The notes below the pieces were generated by a model. The model did not search any database. It had not been told where the DNA came from and was given only the letters and a program-made list of their open reading frames with translations. Below, piece by piece: positions 17,964 to 27,568 of a stretch of 64,000 bases of DNA. Both the position numbers and the translations under genes were made by a program. Source of the stretch: an uncultured Frankineae bacterium (GTDB lineage: Bacteria; Actinomycetota; Actinomycetes; Mycobacteriales; SCTD01); the NCBI GenBank assembly GCA_902805775.1, contig CADCUB010000085.1, forward strand, positions 17,184 to 81,183, in the 5' to 3' direction. Position 1 is the stretch's first letter; the number at the start of each line of letters is the position of its first letter.

Positions 17964-19208
17964 TCACGGGAGGGCGGCCAGCAGGCGGTCGACCTCCTCG
18001 ACGGTCGTGTAGCAGACCACCCCGGCCCGTACGGCCCCGCCGCCCGCCTCCAGCCCGAGCGCGGTCATCAGCTCGACGGCGTAGTAGTTGCCCGCCCACG
18101 CGCAGACGCCCGCCTCCGCCAGCTGCGCGCTCACCTGCTGCGGCGTGTGCCCGGCGACGGTGAACGCGACGGTCGGGGTGCGGCGCCGGGGAGCCCCGAC
18201 GAGGGCCACGTCGTCGCGCGCCGACAGGCCGTCGAGCAGGCGGGCGAAGACCTGCTCCTCGTGCGCCGACACGGCGGCCATCGCCGACAGGACCCGTGCC
18301 CGCCGGCTGTCGCCGTGGCCGTGCGAGGCGATCCAGTCGACGGCGGCGGCCACTCCGGCGAACGCCGCGAAGCTCGGCGTCCCGTGCTCGAACCGGTCGG
18401 GCACGTCGTCGCTGCTGGGCAGCAGCTTGTCCGGCCGCAGCGTCTCGAGCAGCGCCGGGTCGCCGACGGTGCAGCCGACGTGCGGGCCGTACCACTTGTA
18501 GGCGGAGGTGGCGTAGAGGTCGGCGCCCAGGGCGCGCACGTCCGTGGCCAGGTGCGGCGTCGCGTGCACCCCGTCGACGTGCACGACGGCGCCGACGGCG
18601 TGGGCGCGGTCGGCGACCGCCCGCACGTCGGGGCGGGTGCCGGTGGCGTTGCTCGCGGCGGTCAGCGCCACCAGCCGCGTGCGGGCCGTGAGCAGCTCGT
18701 CGTACTGCTCCACCGGCAGCTCGGCGGTGGTCACGTCGACGTCCGCCCAGCGCACCACGGCGCCGGCCCGGGCGGCGGCCTGCACCCACGGCCGGACGTC
18801 GGCGTCGTGGTCGAGCCGGCTCAGCACGATCTCGTCGCCCTCGCGCCAGGTCTTCGCGAGGGCACCGGCCAGGACGTAGGTGTTGGCCGTCATCGACTGC
18901 CCGAGCACCACACCGGCCGGGTCGCCACCCACCAGGTCGGCGACGGCCTCCCGTGCGGCGTCGACGACCGCGTCGGCCCGGCGGCTGCTGGCGAACGGCC
19001 CGTGCCGGTTCGACACGGCCGAGCGCATGGTGGCCGCCACGGCGTCGCTCACGGCGGACGGCACCTGGGTGCCGCCGGGTCCGTCGAAGTGGGCGAGCCC
19101 CTCCGCCAGGGCGGGGAAGTCGGCGCGCACGGCGGCGACGTCGAGGGCCGGCCCGGCAGGGACCTCGGCGGAGACCAGGGGGTCGGGGTCGGGTGCGGTG
19201 CGCGTCAT
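17964..19208 (-). CDS. cysteine desulfurase-like class V aminotransferase
   Basis: 414 aa. PLP-lysine context ATSAYKWYGPH and a class V fold pattern (HFDGPGGTQVP, ASNATGT). Confidence 0.8.
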   Translation of the reverse strand: MTRTAPDPDPLVSAEVPAGPALDVAAVRADFPALAEGLAHFDGPGGTQVPSAVSDAVAATMRSAVSNRHGPFASSRRADAVVDAAREAVADLVGGDPAGVVLGQSMTANTYVLAGALAKTWREGDEIVLSRLDHDADVRPWVQAAARAGAVVRWADVDVTTAELPVEQYDELLTARTRLVALTAASNATGTRPDVRAVADRAHAVGAVVHVDGVHATPHLATDVRALGADLYATSAYKWYGPHVGCTVGDPALLETLRPDKLLPSSDDVPDRFEHGTPSFAAFAGVAAAVDWIASHGHGDSRRARVLSAMAAVSAHEEQVFARLLDGLSARDDVALVGAPRRRTPTVAFTVAGHTPQQVSAQLAEAGVCAWAGNYYAVELMTALGLEAGGGAVRAGVVCYTTVEEVDRLLAALP

Positions 19209-19264
19209 GCCAGCAGAGTGCCCGAGGACGTGCAGGGCCGGCCAGGCAGGGCAGGATCGCTGCC

Positions 19265-19813
19265 ATGAGCGAGCAGCCGGAGCAGCAGCAGGTGGTCGTC
19301 GTCGGGGCGGACGGGCAGCCGGTCGGCACGGTGTCGGTGGGCACCGACGGCTCCGTGGAGCCGTCGCGGCAGCAGAGCCCGGCCGACATGATCGAGCAGC
19401 CGGCCAAGGTCATGCGGATCGGCTCGATGGTCAAGCAGCTGCTCGAGGAGGTGCGGGCGGCGCCGCTCGACGACGCCTCGCGGCTGCGGCTGCGCGAGGT
19501 GCACGCCAAGTCGGTGACCGAGCTCAGCGAGGGCCTGGCCCCCGAGCTGCGCGAGGAGCTCGAGCGGCTGACCCTGCCCTTCACCGACGACCAGGTGCCC
19601 TCCGACGCCGAGCTGCGCATCGCCCAGGCCCAGCTCGTCGGCTGGCTCGAGGGGCTGTTCCACGGGATCCAGACCGCGCTGTTCGCCCAGCAGATGGCCG
19701 CCCGGGTGCAGCTCGAGCAGATGCGGGGCCGTGCGGCGCTGCCGCCCGGCGCGGTGCCGCCGGCGCCTGCCGCGCTGCCCGAGCGTCCGGGTGGGACCGG
19801 CCAGTACCTCTAG
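19265..19813 (+). CDS. bpa: bacterial proteasome activator (Bpa/PafE family)
   Basis: 182 aa with an ATG start. Helical core and a Pro/Ala-rich tail ending in the proteasome-docking motif GQYL. Confidence 0.85.
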   Translation: MSEQPEQQQVVVVGADGQPVGTVSVGTDGSVEPSRQQSPADMIEQPAKVMRIGSMVKQLLEEVRAAPLDDASRLRLREVHAKSVTELSEGLAPELREELERLTLPFTDDQVPSDAELRIAQAQLVGWLEGLFHGIQTALFAQQMAARVQLEQMRGRAALPPGAVPPAPAALPERPGGTGQYL

Positions 19814-19910
19814 ACCACTCCGAGCCGCCGGCCCGGAGGAGTGCCCCGCTCGGACCGTTCGCCGCGCGGCACCCCGCACGCCCGGCGGCGGGGGGGCTGT
19901 CGGCGAGCTC

Positions 19911-20705
19911 TCAGAACCAGCGCTCGAGCACCCGCGCCACACCGTCGTCGTCGTTGGTCGCCGTCACCTCGTCGGCCGCGGCGAGCACCTCGGGGTGGGC
20001 GTTGCCCATGGCGACCGAGCGTCCCGCCCACGCCAGCATCGGCAGGTCGTTGGGCATGTCGCCGAAGGCGATGACGTCGTCCGCCGGCACGCCCCACTCG
20101 TCGGCGAGGACGGCGAGCCCGGAGGCCTTGGAGACGCCCGCGGCGCTGATCTCGACCAGGCCGTCGCCGGAGGAGTGGGTGCACTCGGCGAGCGCGCCGA
20201 CGACCTCCCGAGCGCGCGACAGCAGGTCGTCGGAGGCGGCACCCTCGACCCGGGCGAGCAGCTTGACGACGCCCGGGCCGACGAGCTCCTCGACGGGAGC
20301 GACGAGCAGCTCGCCGTTGTCGTAGCGCGGGATGTAGGCCGACTCCCGGCCGAAGCCGTCGAGCCCCTTCTCGACGGCGAAGGCGATGCCCGGCACCTGC
20401 GCGCGCAGCGCGGAGACCAGCGTCAGCGCCGTCTCGCCGTCGATGCGGAAGTCCTGCACCACGCGCTCGGTGTGCAGGTCGTAGACCAGCGCGCCGTTCG
20501 CGCAGACCGCGAGCCCCCTGTGGCCGGCGTCCTGCGCGACCTGACCCATCCAGCGCGGCGGGCGCCCGGTGACCATGACGAACAGCGCGCCGGCGCCCTC
20601 CACCCGGGCGATCGCCTCCCGGGTGCGCTCCGACACCGACAGGTCGGAGCGCACGAGCGTGCCGTCGAGGTCGGAGGCGACCAGGCGCGGGGCGACGTCG
20701 CTCAC
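19911..20705 (-). CDS. Cof-type HAD-IIB family hydrolase
   Basis: DxD motif [11 protein letters not shown] and C-terminal [11 protein letters not shown]. The GTG at 20705 overlaps the serS stop (GTGA). The track start at 20825 lies inside serS. Confidence 0.85.
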   Translation of the reverse strand: MSDVAPRLVASDLDGTLVRSDLSVSERTREAIARVEGAGALFVMVTGRPPRWMGQVAQDAGHRGLAVCANGALVYDLHTERVVQDFRIDGETALTLVSALRAQVPGIAFAVEKGLDGFGRESAYIPRYDNGELLVAPVEELVGPGVVKLLARVEGAASDDLLSRAREVVGALAECTHSSGDGLVEISAAGVSKASGLAVLADEWGVPADDVIAFGDMPNDLPMLAWAGRSVAMGNAHPEVLAAADEVTATNDDDGVARVLERWF

Positions 20706-21958
20706 TGCGGCAGCAGTTCCGTGCGGCCCGCGAGGTACGGGCGCAGCGCCTCCGGCAGGTGCACCGAGCCGTCGGCGCGCTGGTGCACCTCGAGCAGCAC
20801 GGCGATCGTCCGGCCGACGGCGCACAGGGTGCCGTTGAGGGTGGCCACCGGCGACAGCCCGCCGGGGCCGCGGCTGCGGATGCCGAGCCTTCGCGCCTGG
20901 AAGTCGGTGCAGTTGCTGGTGGAGGTCAGCTCGAGCCAGCGCTCCTGCGAGGGCAGCCAGGCCTCGCAGTCGTACTTGCGCGCGGCGGACGAGCCCAGGT
21001 CACCGGCCGCCACGTCGATCACCCGGAACGGCAGCTCGAGCAGGGACAGGAACGCCATCTCGTGGGCCAGCAGGCGCACGTGCTCGGCCTCGGCCTGCGC
21101 CGGGTCGACGTAGGAGAACATCTCCACCTTGTCGAACTGGTGGACGCGGATGATGCCCCGGGTGTCCTTGCCGTGGCTGCCGGCCTCGCGGCGGAAGCAG
21201 GACGAGAAGCCGGCGTAGCGCAGCGGCAGCTCGTCGAGGACCTCGCCGGAGTGGTACGCCGCGAGCGGCACCTCGGAGGTCCCCACGAGGTAGAGGTCGT
21301 CGGAGGCGAGGCGGTAGACCTCGTCGGCGTGGGCGCCCAGGAAGCCGGTGCCCTCCATGGCCTCCGGTCGCACCAGGGCCGGAGCGATGACGGGGGTGAA
21401 GCCCGCCTCGACCGCCGCAGCCATCGACAGGTTGACCAGGGCGAGCTCGAGCAGGGCGCCCCAGCCGGTGAGGAACGCGAAGCGGCTGCCGCTGACCTTC
21501 GCGCCACGCTCGGTGTCGATGGCGCCGAGGGCCGTGCCGATGTCGAGGTGGTCCTTCACCGGGAAGTCGTAGGTGGGGACCTGTCCGACGGTCTGGACGA
21601 CCACGAAGTCCTGCTCGCCGCCCGCGGGGACGCCGTCCAGGACGACGTTGGGGACGGCCAGGTGCGCGGCGCGCAGCGCGGCCTCGGCCTCGGCCTGGGC
21701 CGCCTCGGCCCGCTTGACCTCGGCGGCGAGGGCCTGCGCACGCTCGAGCACCGCGGGGCGCTCGTCTGCCGACGCCCGCCGGACCGACTGCGAGACGGCC
21801 TTGTGCTCGGCGCGCAGCCCGTCGGCGCGGGTGACGGCGGCGCGGCGGGCCTCGTCGGCGGCGAGCAGGGCGTCGACCCGGGCCGGGTCGTCGCCGCGGG
21901 CGTGCGAGGAGGCGCGGACGCGGTCGGGCTCGGCGCGCAGCAGGCGGAGGTCGATCAC
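20702..21958 (-). CDS. serS: serine--tRNA ligase
   Basis: 418 aa. N-terminal coiled-coil arm ([14 protein letters not shown]...) and a class II aaRS core ([41 protein letters not shown]). Confidence 0.95.
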   Translation of the reverse strand: MIDLRLLRAEPDRVRASSHARGDDPARVDALLAADEARRAAVTRADGLRAEHKAVSQSVRRASADERPAVLERAQALAAEVKRAEAAQAEAEAALRAAHLAVPNVVLDGVPAGGEQDFVVVQTVGQVPTYDFPVKDHLDIGTALGAIDTERGAKVSGSRFAFLTGWGALLELALVNLSMAAAVEAGFTPVIAPALVRPEAMEGTGFLGAHADEVYRLASDDLYLVGTSEVPLAAYHSGEVLDELPLRYAGFSSCFRREAGSHGKDTRGIIRVHQFDKVEMFSYVDPAQAEAEHVRLLAHEMAFLSLLELPFRVIDVAAGDLGSSAARKYDCEAWLPSQERWLELTSTSNCTDFQARRLGIRSRGPGGLSPVATLNGTLCAVGRTIAVLLEVHQRADGSVHLPEALRPYLAGRTELLPQ

Positions 21959-22043
21959 CGGTCGATCACCTCCTGCACGCTACCGGCGGCGGCCGGTCCG
22001 ACCCCGGCCGAGCAGGGCCGGTGGCCGTCGTCGTCGGGCCGTC

Positions 22044-23246
22044 TCAGCGCCGCTCGAGCTCGGCCTCGGCGAGGTCGAGCCGGGTGCGGGTCAGCTGCTG
22101 CCACGCGTCGGACTGCACCCGGTGCGGGCCGGTGGCCAGGCAGACGACGACCCCGGCGGTGCGGGCCCGCAGGTCGGCCGGGTCGACCGCCCGCTCGAAG
22201 TCGCCGCGCCACCGGTGCGCCAGCGCGCGGGGAGCCGCAGACCGGTCCGGGTCGTGCTCGGCCAGCACCTGCAGGTGGGCCAGGACGCAGGCGAGGTCGT
22301 CCGCGCGGCGCCCCGGACCGGCCGTGTCGAGGTCCAGCAGGCCGGTGATCCGGTCGCCGTCGAGCAGCAGCGCGGTCTCGTAGAGGTCGCCGTGCACCGG
22401 CTGCACCGGGCCCGGTCCGGCGCAGGCCGCCCGGACGCGCTCGGCCAGCTGGGCGCACCGCTCGGCCTCCGACGGCAGTGCCGCCGCCACGACGGCGGCG
22501 TGGTGCGTGACGTCGTCGGTCCAGGACCGGCGCGCCGGCAGCTCGCACAGCCCGTCGGGCAGGGCGGCGAGCAGCTGCAGCAGCGCGGCTCCGTCGAGGT
22601 CGGGAGCGACCTGCTCCCGCAGCCGCGCCCGCAGGCTGGTGCCGGGCAGGGCGTCGAGCACGAGCAGCCCGTCCGGGCTGCGGCCCCGGCTGCGCGGGAC
22701 GGGCAGGCCGGCGTCGCGCAGGAGCAGGTGCCGGGCGTGCAGCGCCTCGACGGCGTGCGGGGGCAGCACCTTGACGAACAGCCGGGCGGCCGGCGTGCGG
22801 ACCTCGAGGACCGCCCGCCGACCCGCCCGGTAGGACCGCACGCGCAGCTCCAGGGGGCCGGGCGCCACGCCGCAGCGGTCCAGCAGCCGGCGCACGGCCG
22901 TCTCGTCGGTGGCGGCGGGCAGGCCGGGCAGCTCGGGGTCGAAGGGGAAGCGCCAGACCGTCACCTCCCGCTCGCCGATGCGCAGCCGTACGGCCCCGTC
23001 GGCGTCCCAGCTCGGCGGGCGGGTCGACGGCCCGGCCGGCCGGCCGATGGCGGCACCGAGCAGCAGCGCGCGCTCGCCGCCGCGGCCGCGCGCGCGGGCG
23101 TCGTACAGGGCGGTGGTGCCCTGGCCGGGGCGGGAGTCGACCTCCCGGACCCGGCAGGCGACCAGCTGCTCGTCGACGCTCCCGAGGGCCGCGGCCAGCA
23201 GGTCGACGACGCCGGGACCGGTCAGCAGGGCGAGCTCGTCCGGCAT
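22044..23246 (-). CDS. aminoglycoside-phosphotransferase-fold (kinase-like) protein
   Basis: ATG at 23246. Kinase-like catalytic loop VHGDLYETALLL followed by LLDLD. The track ORF start at 23414 is an extension. Confidence 0.7.
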   Translation of the reverse strand: MPDELALLTGPGVVDLLAAALGSVDEQLVACRVREVDSRPGQGTTALYDARARGRGGERALLLGAAIGRPAGPSTRPPSWDADGAVRLRIGEREVTVWRFPFDPELPGLPAATDETAVRRLLDRCGVAPGPLELRVRSYRAGRRAVLEVRTPAARLFVKVLPPHAVEALHARHLLLRDAGLPVPRSRGRSPDGLLVLDALPGTSLRARLREQVAPDLDGAALLQLLAALPDGLCELPARRSWTDDVTHHAAVVAAALPSEAERCAQLAERVRAACAGPGPVQPVHGDLYETALLLDGDRITGLLDLDTAGPGRRADDLACVLAHLQVLAEHDPDRSAAPRALAHRWRGDFERAVDPADLRARTAGVVVCLATGPHRVQSDAWQQLTRTRLDLAEAELERR

Positions 23247-23334
23247 GCCTGCACTGTGAGCCCCCGACGGGCGTCGGGGGTCGAGATGGCCGTTCCGGTC
23301 GCTGCGTCGAGGCGCCGACGAGTACGTTCCGGGC

Positions 23335-24039
23335 ATGCGCAGCAGCCTGTTCGGCGAGAACCTGGAGAGCACCACCGACGAGGGCATGGCCCTGCAGAAC
23401 CCCCGCATGCTCAAGGTGCGGCTCGACGGCGAGGTCCTCGCTCGCCAGGGCGCGATGGTCGCCTACCAGGGCGAGGTGGCGTTCGCCTACGAGGGCGCCG
23501 GCGGCGTGGGCCGCTTCCTCAAGAAGGCCCTCACGGGCGAGGGCGTGCCGCTCATGCGCTGCCGGGGTCGCGGCGACGTGTTCCTCGCGCAGGACGGCAA
23601 CGAGCTCCACATCCTGGACCTGGACGGCGACTCGGTGACCGTCAACGGCGCCAACGTCCTCGCCTTCGAGCCGGGCCTCACGTGGGACATCCGGCGCGTC
23701 GAAGGAGCCTCGACGCTCGCGGGCGGGGTGTTCAACATGGTCTTCACCGGCACCGGCCGCCTGGTCGTCAGCGCGTTCGGGACGCCGGTCGTGCTCGGGA
23801 CGGCCGAGGCGCCGACCTACGCCGACCTGCAGTCGGCGATCGCGTGGACGAGCAGCCTGCAGACCCGGCTGGTCCGCACCGCCGGCGCCGGGGCGCTGAT
23901 CGGGCGGGGCAGCGGGGAGGCCTTCCAGCTCGCCTTCGCCGGCCAGGGCTTCGTGGTGGTGCAGGCCAGCGAGGGACCCGTCGTGCCGCGGCACAGCCAC
24001 GGCGGGAGCGGTGGCGGCGGTGGCGGCCTGTTCGAGTAG
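23335..24039 (+). CDS. AIM24 family protein
   Basis: 234 aa with an AIM24/DUF124-like beta-rich sequence (LARQGAMVAYQGEVAF...VFLAQDG...NGANVLAFE) and a Gly-rich tail. Confidence 0.8.
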   Translation: MRSSLFGENLESTTDEGMALQNPRMLKVRLDGEVLARQGAMVAYQGEVAFAYEGAGGVGRFLKKALTGEGVPLMRCRGRGDVFLAQDGNELHILDLDGDSVTVNGANVLAFEPGLTWDIRRVEGASTLAGGVFNMVFTGTGRLVVSAFGTPVVLGTAEAPTYADLQSAIAWTSSLQTRLVRTAGAGALIGRGSGEAFQLAFAGQGFVVVQASEGPVVPRHSHGGSGGGGGGLFE

Positions 24040-24043
24040 CGCC

Positions 24044-24502
24044 TCAGGCGCGCGCCCGGGCCCGCGGCACGTGCGCCCGCCGCTCCCGGCGGACCAGGGC
24101 GCGCTGCACCGCCTCCTGCTCCTCCGGTGACAGCGGGGCCTCGCCGGTGCCGGCGCTCACGCCCTTGGCGTAGGTGCGCGTCTCGCTGCGCCCGTTGATG
24201 GACGACAGGACGAGGCCGTCGCCCCTGTCGTCGAGCAGCGCCGCCGAGAACGACAGGGCCCCGGCCAGGTCGCCGAAGGCGTCGTAGCGCACGACGGCGA
24301 CCCGGGTGAGCCCCGAGGGCGCCGAGGACCCGGCGCTCGCGCGGTCAGCCTCGTCGCACGCCCGGGCCACCGGCTCCGCCCGGGCGAGCAGCGCGTCGTG
24401 CGCACGGCGCAGCCGGCCGACCTGCACGGCCAGGGCGACCACGATCACGAGGGCGAACACCGAGAAGCCGGTGGCCACCACAGCGAGGGAGTCGGTCGAC
24501 AC
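24044..24502 (-). CDS. DUF4446 family protein
   Basis: The GTG at 24502 gives an N-terminal TM helix followed by VAVVRYDAFGDLAGALSFSAALLDDRGDGLVLSSINGR, typical of DUF4446. Confidence 0.75.
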   Translation of the reverse strand: MSTDSLAVVATGFSVFALVIVVALAVQVGRLRRAHDALLARAEPVARACDEADRASAGSSAPSGLTRVAVVRYDAFGDLAGALSFSAALLDDRGDGLVLSSINGRSETRTYAKGVSAGTGEAPLSPEEQEAVQRALVRRERRAHVPRARARA

Positions 24503-24573
24503 CCCGCCGACCCTAGTGGCCGGGTACGGCCTGGCCGGCGAGGCGCGCACCGGACCCGCCGTACGCTCCCGGC

Positions 24574-25320
24574 GTGGACCGGACCCAGGCGCAGGAGCTG
24601 CTGGAGGCCGTCGCCGAGGGCAGCCTCGACCCGGCCGACGCACTGGACCAGCTGGCGACCGCGCCGTACGACGCGCTGGCGCACTCGCTGGTCGACGTGC
24701 ACCGGGCCCTGCGCACCGGCGACCCCGAGGTCGTCTACGGCGCCGGCAAGACGACTGCGCAGGTGCTCGAGGTGGTGGAGGCGCTGCGCGCCTCCGGCGA
24801 CCGTGCGGTGCTCGTCACCCGGGCCGCCGCCGAGACGGTCGACGCACTGCGCCGCGCGCACGACGAGGTGACGGTCGAGGGCAGGTCGGTCGCCGTCGGC
24901 CCGCTGCCCGCCGGGCACGGCACCGTGGCGGTGCTGGCGGCCGGCACCTCCGACGGGCCGGTCGCCGCGGAGGCGGCGCTGACGGCGCGGGTGTTCGGCG
25001 CGCACGTCGAGCGCGTCGACGACGTCGGTGTCGCCGGTCTGCACCGCCTGATCGCGGCCCGCCCGGTCCTGGACCGCGCCGACTGCCTCGTCGTCGTCGC
25101 CGGCATGGAGGGCGCCCTGCCGTCGGTCGTCGGCGGGCTGGTGGGGACCCCGATGGTGGCGGTGCCGACGAGCGTCGGCTACGGCGCGAGCTTCGGCGGG
25201 CTCGCCGCGCTGCTCGCCATGCTCAACGCCTGTGCGCCGGGCGTCAGCGTCGTCAACATCGACAACGGCTTCGGGGCAGGGGTGTTCGCCGCCCGTGTCG
25301 CCCGTCGCGTGTCACGGTGA
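24574..25320 (+). CDS. larB: nickel-pincer cofactor biosynthesis protein LarB (PurE-like NaAD carboxylase/hydrolase)
   Basis: 248 aa. PurE-like core (VAVLAAGTSDGPVA...VVVAGMEGALPSVVGGL...VPTSVGYG) with the LarB-specific N-terminal helical extension. Confidence 0.85.
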   Translation: MDRTQAQELLEAVAEGSLDPADALDQLATAPYDALAHSLVDVHRALRTGDPEVVYGAGKTTAQVLEVVEALRASGDRAVLVTRAAAETVDALRRAHDEVTVEGRSVAVGPLPAGHGTVAVLAAGTSDGPVAAEAALTARVFGAHVERVDDVGVAGLHRLIAARPVLDRADCLVVVAGMEGALPSVVGGLVGTPMVAVPTSVGYGASFGGLAALLAMLNACAPGVSVVNIDNGFGAGVFAARVARRVSR

Positions 25321-26519
25321 TCGGCTGGCTCGACTGCTCGGCGGGGATCTCCGGCGACATGCTGCTCGGCGCGCTCGTCGACGTCGGGGTCCCGCTCGAG
25401 GTGCTGCAGGCGGCTGTCGACCGGGTCGGCGTCGAGCCGGTGCGGCTGTCGCGGTCCACCGTCTCCCGCGGCGGTCTGGGCGCCACGAAGGTCGACGTGC
25501 ACGTGGACGAGCACCCCCGCACCCGCACGTGGGCCGACGTCCGCGCCCTCGTGGAGGGCGCCGACCTGCTCCCTGCCGTCGCGGTGACCGCCCTGGACGT
25601 CTTCGGCCGGCTGGCCGCCGCGGAGGCCGCCGTGCACCGCACCTCCCCCGACGACGTGCACTTCCACGAGGTGGGGGCGCTCGACGCGGTCGCCGACGTC
25701 GTCGGAGGCGCCGCCGGGCTGCACGCGCTCGGCCTGACCCGGCTGACCGCGAGCCCGGTCGTCCTCGGCTCGGGCACCACGCGCGGGGCGCACGGCCCCC
25801 TGCCGGTCCCGCCCCCCGCCGTGCTCGCCCTGCTGGCCGGCGTCCCCGTGCTGGCGGGTCCCGTCGCCCGCGAGATGACCACCCCCACCGGCGCCGCGCT
25901 GCTGGCCGCGACGGTCGCGGCGTACGGCCCGCTGCCGCCGATGGTGCTGCGGCGCACGGGGACCGGTGCCGGCGGACGCGACCCGGACGAGGTCGCCAAC
26001 GTCCTGCGCCTGGTCGTCGGCGACGCCGCGTCCGGCGGGCCGAGCACCGAGGACGCCGTCGTCCTGGAGGCCAACGTCGACGACCTCGACCCGCGGCTGT
26101 GGCCCGGGGTCCTGCAGCAGCTGCTGGACGTCGGCGCCGGCGACGCCTGGCTCGCACCGATCCTCATGAAGAAGGGGCGCCCCGCGCACACCCTGCACGT
26201 GCTGTGCCCCCCGGACCGGGTGGCGGCGGTGCACGACGTGGTGTTCCGCTCCACCACCACGCTGGGCGTGCGGTCCGTCGGCGTGGCCAAGCATGCGCTG
26301 GCCCGGACGCAGCGGACGGTGGAGGTCGACGGGCGCCCCGTACGGGTCAAGCTGGGCCTGCTGGGCGAGGAGGTCGTCAACGCCGTGCCGGAGTGGGACG
26401 ACGTCGCGGCGGCGGCCGCCGCACTGGGCCGGCCGGCCAAGCTCGTGCTCGGCGAGGCGGCGGCCCGTGCCGCCGAGCTCGTCACCGCTCCCGTCAGGCG
26501 GCCTCCGCCAGCTCCGTGA
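25317..26519 (+). CDS. larC: nickel insertion protein LarC (pyridinium-3,5-bisthiocarboxylic acid mononucleotide nickel chelatase)
   Basis: The GTG at 25317 overlaps the larB stop (GTGA). N-terminus WLDCSAGISGDMLLGAL, then HFHEVGALDAV and PILMKKGRPAH motifs. Confidence 0.85.
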   Translation: MIGWLDCSAGISGDMLLGALVDVGVPLEVLQAAVDRVGVEPVRLSRSTVSRGGLGATKVDVHVDEHPRTRTWADVRALVEGADLLPAVAVTALDVFGRLAAAEAAVHRTSPDDVHFHEVGALDAVADVVGGAAGLHALGLTRLTASPVVLGSGTTRGAHGPLPVPPPAVLALLAGVPVLAGPVAREMTTPTGAALLAATVAAYGPLPPMVLRRTGTGAGGRDPDEVANVLRLVVGDAASGGPSTEDAVVLEANVDDLDPRLWPGVLQQLLDVGAGDAWLAPILMKKGRPAHTLHVLCPPDRVAAVHDVVFRSTTTLGVRSVGVAKHALARTQRTVEVDGRPVRVKLGLLGEEVVNAVPEWDDVAAAAAALGRPAKLVLGEAAARAAELVTAPVRRPPPAP

Positions 26520-27465
26520 GGCCCTCGCGCAGCGAGCGGTGGGTCCAGCCGAGCTCGTCCATCGCCTTGTCGGACGACGCCCAGAACGTCACGCCGTCGG
26601 AGGAGCTGATGAGCTCGCGCAGGTTCGGGGGCAGGCCGAGCGCCCGGCTGACCAGCGGGGCGGCAGGGGTGAGCGCCCGCAGCAGGGCCGTCGGCACGGT
26701 CAGCCGGGGCGGGCGCCGCCCGCTGACGTCGGCGAGGACCTCGAGCAGCTCGGCCATCCGCACCGGATCTCCTGCCAGGACGTAGGACTCGCCCGGTACG
26801 CCCTTGTCGAGCGCGAGCAGCACACCCGCCGCCACGTCGTCCCGGTGCACCGGGCAGACGCCGAGGTCGGGGAAGGGCAGGGCCGGCAGGCGTCCGCCGA
26901 GGAAGCGGCTGAGCACGTCGCCGAGGGTGCTGGGGTCGTCGGGGCCGTACACCCCGCCGGGCTGCACGACGACCAGCGGCAGGCCGCGGGAGGCGATCTC
27001 GCGCGCCCGGCGGTGCGCCAGCGCCTTGGTCTGCTCGAAGGCCGACGTCCAGCCGGCCGCCGGGTCGCGCTGCCAGCCCTCGTCGGCGACCCGGCCGCCC
27101 GTGTCGCCGAACACCGCCACCGACGACACGTGGACGGCCTTGGCGACACCCGCGCTCAGGGCTGCCCCCAGGACCCGCTCGGTGCCGGTCACGTTGGCGT
27201 CGACCATCGCCTCGCGACGGGCCGGCGTGACCCCGATCTCGGCCAGCGCGGCGGCGTGGACGAGCGCCTGCACCCCGCGGCAGTGCTCGACCAGCGCCGC
27301 CTCGTCGCACAGGTCGCCCTCGACGACCTCGCAGCCCAGCTCGAGCAGCCGCCCGGCACGGGACGGGTCGCGCACGAGCGTCCGCACCTCGTCACCGCGC
27401 TCGCGCAGCAGTCGCGCCACCTCGCTGCCGAGGAAGCCGGTCGCACCTGTCAGGAACACCCGCAC
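26494..27465 (-). CDS. NAD-dependent epimerase/dehydratase family protein (extended SDR)
   Basis: GTG start and a Rossmann motif VFLTGATGFLG. 323 aa. The 3' end overlaps the convergent larC by 26 nt. Confidence 0.8.
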   Translation of the reverse strand: MRVFLTGATGFLGSEVARLLRERGDEVRTLVRDPSRAGRLLELGCEVVEGDLCDEAALVEHCRGVQALVHAAALAEIGVTPARREAMVDANVTGTERVLGAALSAGVAKAVHVSSVAVFGDTGGRVADEGWQRDPAAGWTSAFEQTKALAHRRAREIASRGLPLVVVQPGGVYGPDDPSTLGDVLSRFLGGRLPALPFPDLGVCPVHRDDVAAGVLLALDKGVPGESYVLAGDPVRMAELLEVLADVSGRRPPRLTVPTALLRALTPAAPLVSRALGLPPNLRELISSSDGVTFWASSDKAMDELGWTHRSLREGLTELAEAA

Positions 27466-27568
27466 GGCGGCGAGAGTACGCGGATCTCGTGTCCTCGTCG
27501 TGATCTGGGCGTGACCACGCCGTACCCCACCCGACCGGGTGAGGCGGCGCTCGCGCTGCGTCCGCCGC

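Noticed and set aside
23263-23282. GC hairpin cccccgacg-gg-cgtcggggg in the divergent kinase-like/AIM24 intergenic region
   Set aside because: It is short and generic for this GC content, and its loop is too small as drawn. Nothing links it to a known element.
21573-24173. 866-aa plus-strand ORF and the 681-aa minus-strand ORF at 21955..24000
   Set aside because: They span serS, the kinase-like gene and AIM24 in wrong frames. They have no motifs and extreme Arg/Ala/Pro content.
25253-27310. 685-aa minus-strand ORF
   Set aside because: It is antisense to larC and off-frame to the epimerase gene, with no motifs.
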